Source of the DNA: Amphiscolops sp. MND2022
Lineage: Eukaryota
Length of the DNA: 64,000 bases
NCBI GenBank assembly: GCA_964187785.1
Contig: OZ076413.1
Coordinates: 61,876,001-61,940,000 of the forward strand
Direction: 5' to 3'
A model generated the notes under the pieces. The model was not told the origin of the DNA and did not search any database. It worked only from the letters and a program-made list of their open reading frames with translations. Made by a program: the position numbers and the translations under genes. Positions 60,253 through 64,000 of the stretch are shown piece by piece; the stretch's first letter is position 1, and the number at the start of each line of letters is the position of its first letter.

Positions 60253-62084
60253 TATACCTATTTTCAAATGCGTATTTTGACTATATCATTCAGGTGCATC
60301 AACTTCATTTCCGATGTGATTGAAATGTTTTTGACCATGTTATTTTCATTGTTTCGTTTACTTTTTTTTAAATTTTGGTCTTTCTGACTGGTCCCAGTTT
60401 ATTTATTGGATCAGTCAATGATTTAATAGTACAGTTTACCTTGTTCCGCAATGCATCCGTATACCAATAGGGGACTGTGAGAGGGCCACTGCCATGGGAC
60501 AAAAAGCTCTCGCAGGATTTATTGATAGGTAGTGTAGGTATTGTAATTCATACGCATTGGTCCTTCGTTTTTGGCATAAATCAATCTTTGCTTGTTTCCT
60601 GTATGTCATTAGTGGCTCCTTCTGGTGTGAGCACCACATTCGTAATGGGCATGGTGGAGAATTGAACCACGGTGATTCTGAGTCACGATTTGAAACATTG
60701 TCTTCCTCGCAATTAAAGTCTCCCTTGTGTCCTCTTTTCGTTGGGTAGCAGATACGTCATTCGTAATACCAGCAGCGGTCGACGAAGATCCGGCGTATTC
60801 GCCTGAATCGAAGCTGGAAGTGAAGATTTCAAGTTTCATTTTTTCAGTCTTGGAGAGATCCAACGACGTGTCCAAATCCATTTCGTCGTCTGCCAATGCA
60901 TTAAATCTAGTTATTTCGGATTATTGTCGCTTTGCTTTGCAACAGTGTAGAAGTCATGCTCCTGTAATGGCTCTCTTCTGCTTCACTGCCCGAAGTAATG
61001 TTAATCAGCTCAATGATTTCAATTGCAAAATATTTTCTATTTTTATTTGACTGTTTAGCGACAGTGATTGTTTACCAATGGCTTGAGAATATTTTGGACT
61101 GAAAAGAATTAGTTTTTGATGCTTTTGTTTAATTGTCAGTTCATCTTAATTATTTTAATTGTAACTGTTGACGTTTTGTCAACGCTGCCTTTTTATTGGC
61201 TACATTCCTAACTCATCATTGCTTTTCCATTCTTCTTCGTTGGTGACGTCACAGTGCAATAAGTTGTTTCAACTCGTCTCTTCAGATTTCACTGCTCAAT
61301 GGATTGATATCCGCAGCTTTCTCACGCTGTTCACGATATTGGGATATTGGCGCACAGAGAGGGAATGAGACGCAGTTAATGGTCTTAGAAGGCGATGCGC
61401 CTCTGACTGAAGCAGATGTTTTGGTTGTCGTGCTTCCTTTAGGTTTGTTTTATTCCTTGATCCAATATTTCATGATTAATACGTTTTAACAGATAGGCTT
61501 TTCCTGTCTTAGTTTTCCTGATGCCTCGTCATCGGGGACATGTTCAGAGCCTGGTTCCGCGTCTTCATGTGTTCTTTTTGCTTTCTTCTCGAGATTTGAC
61601 TGTCCCTGCTCCTCACGGAGGTGAAGTAATTATCCCCTTTCACGAATTTGGGTTTCCTTCCTCTACAAGGAGAGAACCAGGTTGTGGTAGCGGTTTGGCA
61701 GAGACTCCCAGAGGCATCCGATTTAGCAGTTACCTGCCTGACTTTCAGCTGAACTTTGGGTGTTTTTGCAGCATTACAGCCAAGCCCTCAAGGGATTTAG
61801 TTGACGTTGCGTCACAGCAAACGTCTTCAGTTGCGCTCCCGAAATTCATCATCACGGCCTCGTCGAATTCAATTGGATAGTAATGCTTTTGACATATCTT
61901 TGAGTGTTCTTCTGTTTTTGAGTGCTTATGAGTTTGTTGTTTGTAGGCACCGATGATCAAAATACTGACAATTCTCCGAATCTCGCAACAAGTCGCACGC
62001 TTTGGTGAGACCTTTGCATCGGAATTAGAATTCAGATTTTCAGTGATGATTGTTTCTGATTGGAATTGGTTTGACTATCGTATG

Positions 62085-64000
62085 TGTAGTAGAGCGATGA
62101 ATTGAATCAAACATTATGTGTAAAAAAGTACCAGTAACATTGTCTAACTCTAACATTTACTACGCCTCAGTGCGTTCTAGCCTCAGTTCAAAAGACAGTT
62201 CGTTAAAAGTCTAAATTCATCATCAATTCACATCTATCCCTCAATTCTTTTCATTCTACTTGAGTTCCACGTCAACATGGCGCTGCGAGCTGAAAATTCT
62301 TCGACGTCATCTTCTTCATCGTCACATCTTGCTGGATTGCCAGTGTTCTGGAGTGATGCGACCACGAACCCTACGATGGACTGGGACAAGTGGTTCGATC
62401 TCTTTCAAGTTGACATGATGGCAAAATATTTCATCTCAATCTCCGAGTTGACACGCGAGACGACACAGCAAACTCCCAGGGTTCGTACGTTGTTTGGGGG
62501 ACCTTGACGAAGATCCTGCAAATAAGAAAGCTATCAGTATTCTGTACTGTACTTGTCATTGTGTGACGCGGCGAGGAAGCAATTTATGGATAAATATCCG
62601 CACAAAGCCCTGTGGGATTTGAAAGCCCTAGAAATAATCAACTTATGCATCGAATGCTTCCGAAAGAAGAGGAATCGAACCCTCGACAGACACCAATTTT
62701 CTCAAGACTCCAACAGCCCGGCGAAACCCTATTTCAATTCTGGGACGCCCTAAACGGGTTAGCAGCTTTATGTGATTTCGGGGAAATAACTTCGACCCTA
62801 GTTTTGGACATGTTTATTCTTCACATGAATAATAAGAAGGTGCAAGAAAAGTTGTGCACGGAACCTAAGGAGCCCGACCAAGCACTGGAATTTGCCATTG
62901 CTTTTGAAGAAAGGGTGAAGCGACAGAAGGCGTACGGTACACAAGCACCCGAACCAACAAAATCGGTCGTGAAAAGCGAACCGGTTTATGCGGTAGACAA
63001 AACTAACCCTCGGGAGTGTCATAGATGTGGGGCAGCAAACTCCACGATGGAACACGTCAATTTCTGCATGGCTACCAATCATCGTTGTAAATTCTGCAAA
63101 ATTGCTGGGCATGTAGAAAAATGCTGCAACAAGAAGTTTCCTCAGAGACAGAAAGAGATGATGCAGCGACTGAAGAATCGCGATAACGAAATAAGTTTGC
63201 GAAGAGTAAATTATATCGAAGAGTCGGATGAGGAGTCTGAAGAAGACGACGAAGAGCAACTAGTACTACGTGTGGATGGTATGGTTGCAGACCGTTCTAT
63301 ATGGAAGGAACAATGTGTGGCAACTATTTTAAAGCAATTATCGACACTGAGTCACCAGTTTCCATTTTTACAAAACGGGACTTACAGAAAAGTGTGGGGG
63401 AGCGAAAAGTAGTGATCAGGGACATGATCGAAGGAGAACGCTATACTTGATTATAATAAAAAACTCTTGGAAAACAAAATCCCGAGGTTCAGCAATTAGT
63501 GAGGGAATTTCCAAAATTGTTCTGTCGAAAAGGACGTGTGAAGAATTACAAAATTAAAATTGAAATGAAAAATGATGCGGAAATTACTCAACAGAAGGGA
63601 CGCCGAGTGCCAATTCAGCTCCAAAATCAAGTAAATAAAGAGATTGACAAGCTATTAAAGGAGGGGCATATTGAAAAAGTTGATAAAATCCAAGATGATG
63701 TGTTTATTCAGCCAACAGTAATAACCGTCGAAAAGGATAAGTCTGTGAAAATTGCCTTAGATGCGAGAGCATTAAACCAATCTCTAGCAAAAGACAAATA
63801 CCAAATGCCTAACCCAGATAATTTAATCGACATGATTGCAGAGAAGTTAGATGAAAAAGAAGGGGGTCATGGTATTCGTCAGTAGACATGACTTATGCTT
63901 ACGGACAAATCCCTTTACAAGAAATAAGAAAAAGGCATTGTAACTTCCAAATTGTAAAAGGGAAAGTCTACAGGCACTTATCGCTTTACAACGGGATTTT
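62085..64000 (+). mobile_element. Ty3/Gypsy LTR retrotransposon 5' part (LTR ~62085-62277, PBS, gag, protease, RT start); frameshifted; runs off the window
   Basis: TGTAGT...CAACA then PBS TGGCGCTGCGAGC; gag RLQQPGETLFQFW and zinc knuckles CHRCG/CKFCKIAGH; RT-region KGRRVPIQLQNQVNKEIDKLL, PTVITVEKDKSVKIALDARALN, KYQMPN. Confidence 0.9.

Overview
AT-rich, repeat-dense eukaryotic (invertebrate animal-like) genomic DNA with no prokaryotic features and no CRISPR array. One live-looking gene dominates: a large minus-strand gene for a multi-fibronectin-type-III (FN3) extracellular or receptor-type protein. I could join 14 exons (2632-36542, 2718 coding nt, about 10 FN3 domains) with GT-AG sites and compatible phases at all 13 junctions; the two smallest 5' exons are less certain and neither end of the gene is resolved. 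Those two exons lie inside a near-identical 2748-bp tandem duplication. Introns and intergenic DNA are packed with transposon debris: Ty3/Gypsy and BEL/Pao LTR remnants, a truncated LINE, Helentron-associated (HINE-like) repeats carrying a tRNA-derived segment, CCC-ended MITEs with 2-bp TSDs, and a 383-bp fold-back element with Maverick/Polinton hallmarks (AGTAGT ends, 6-bp TSD). Right of a 200-N scaffold gap are a decayed intron-containing thymidine kinase gene, an ~84-bp satellite with two higher-order repeat units, and a Gypsy element running off the edge. All identifications were made by eye without database searches; TE boundaries are approximate unless a TSD is quoted.
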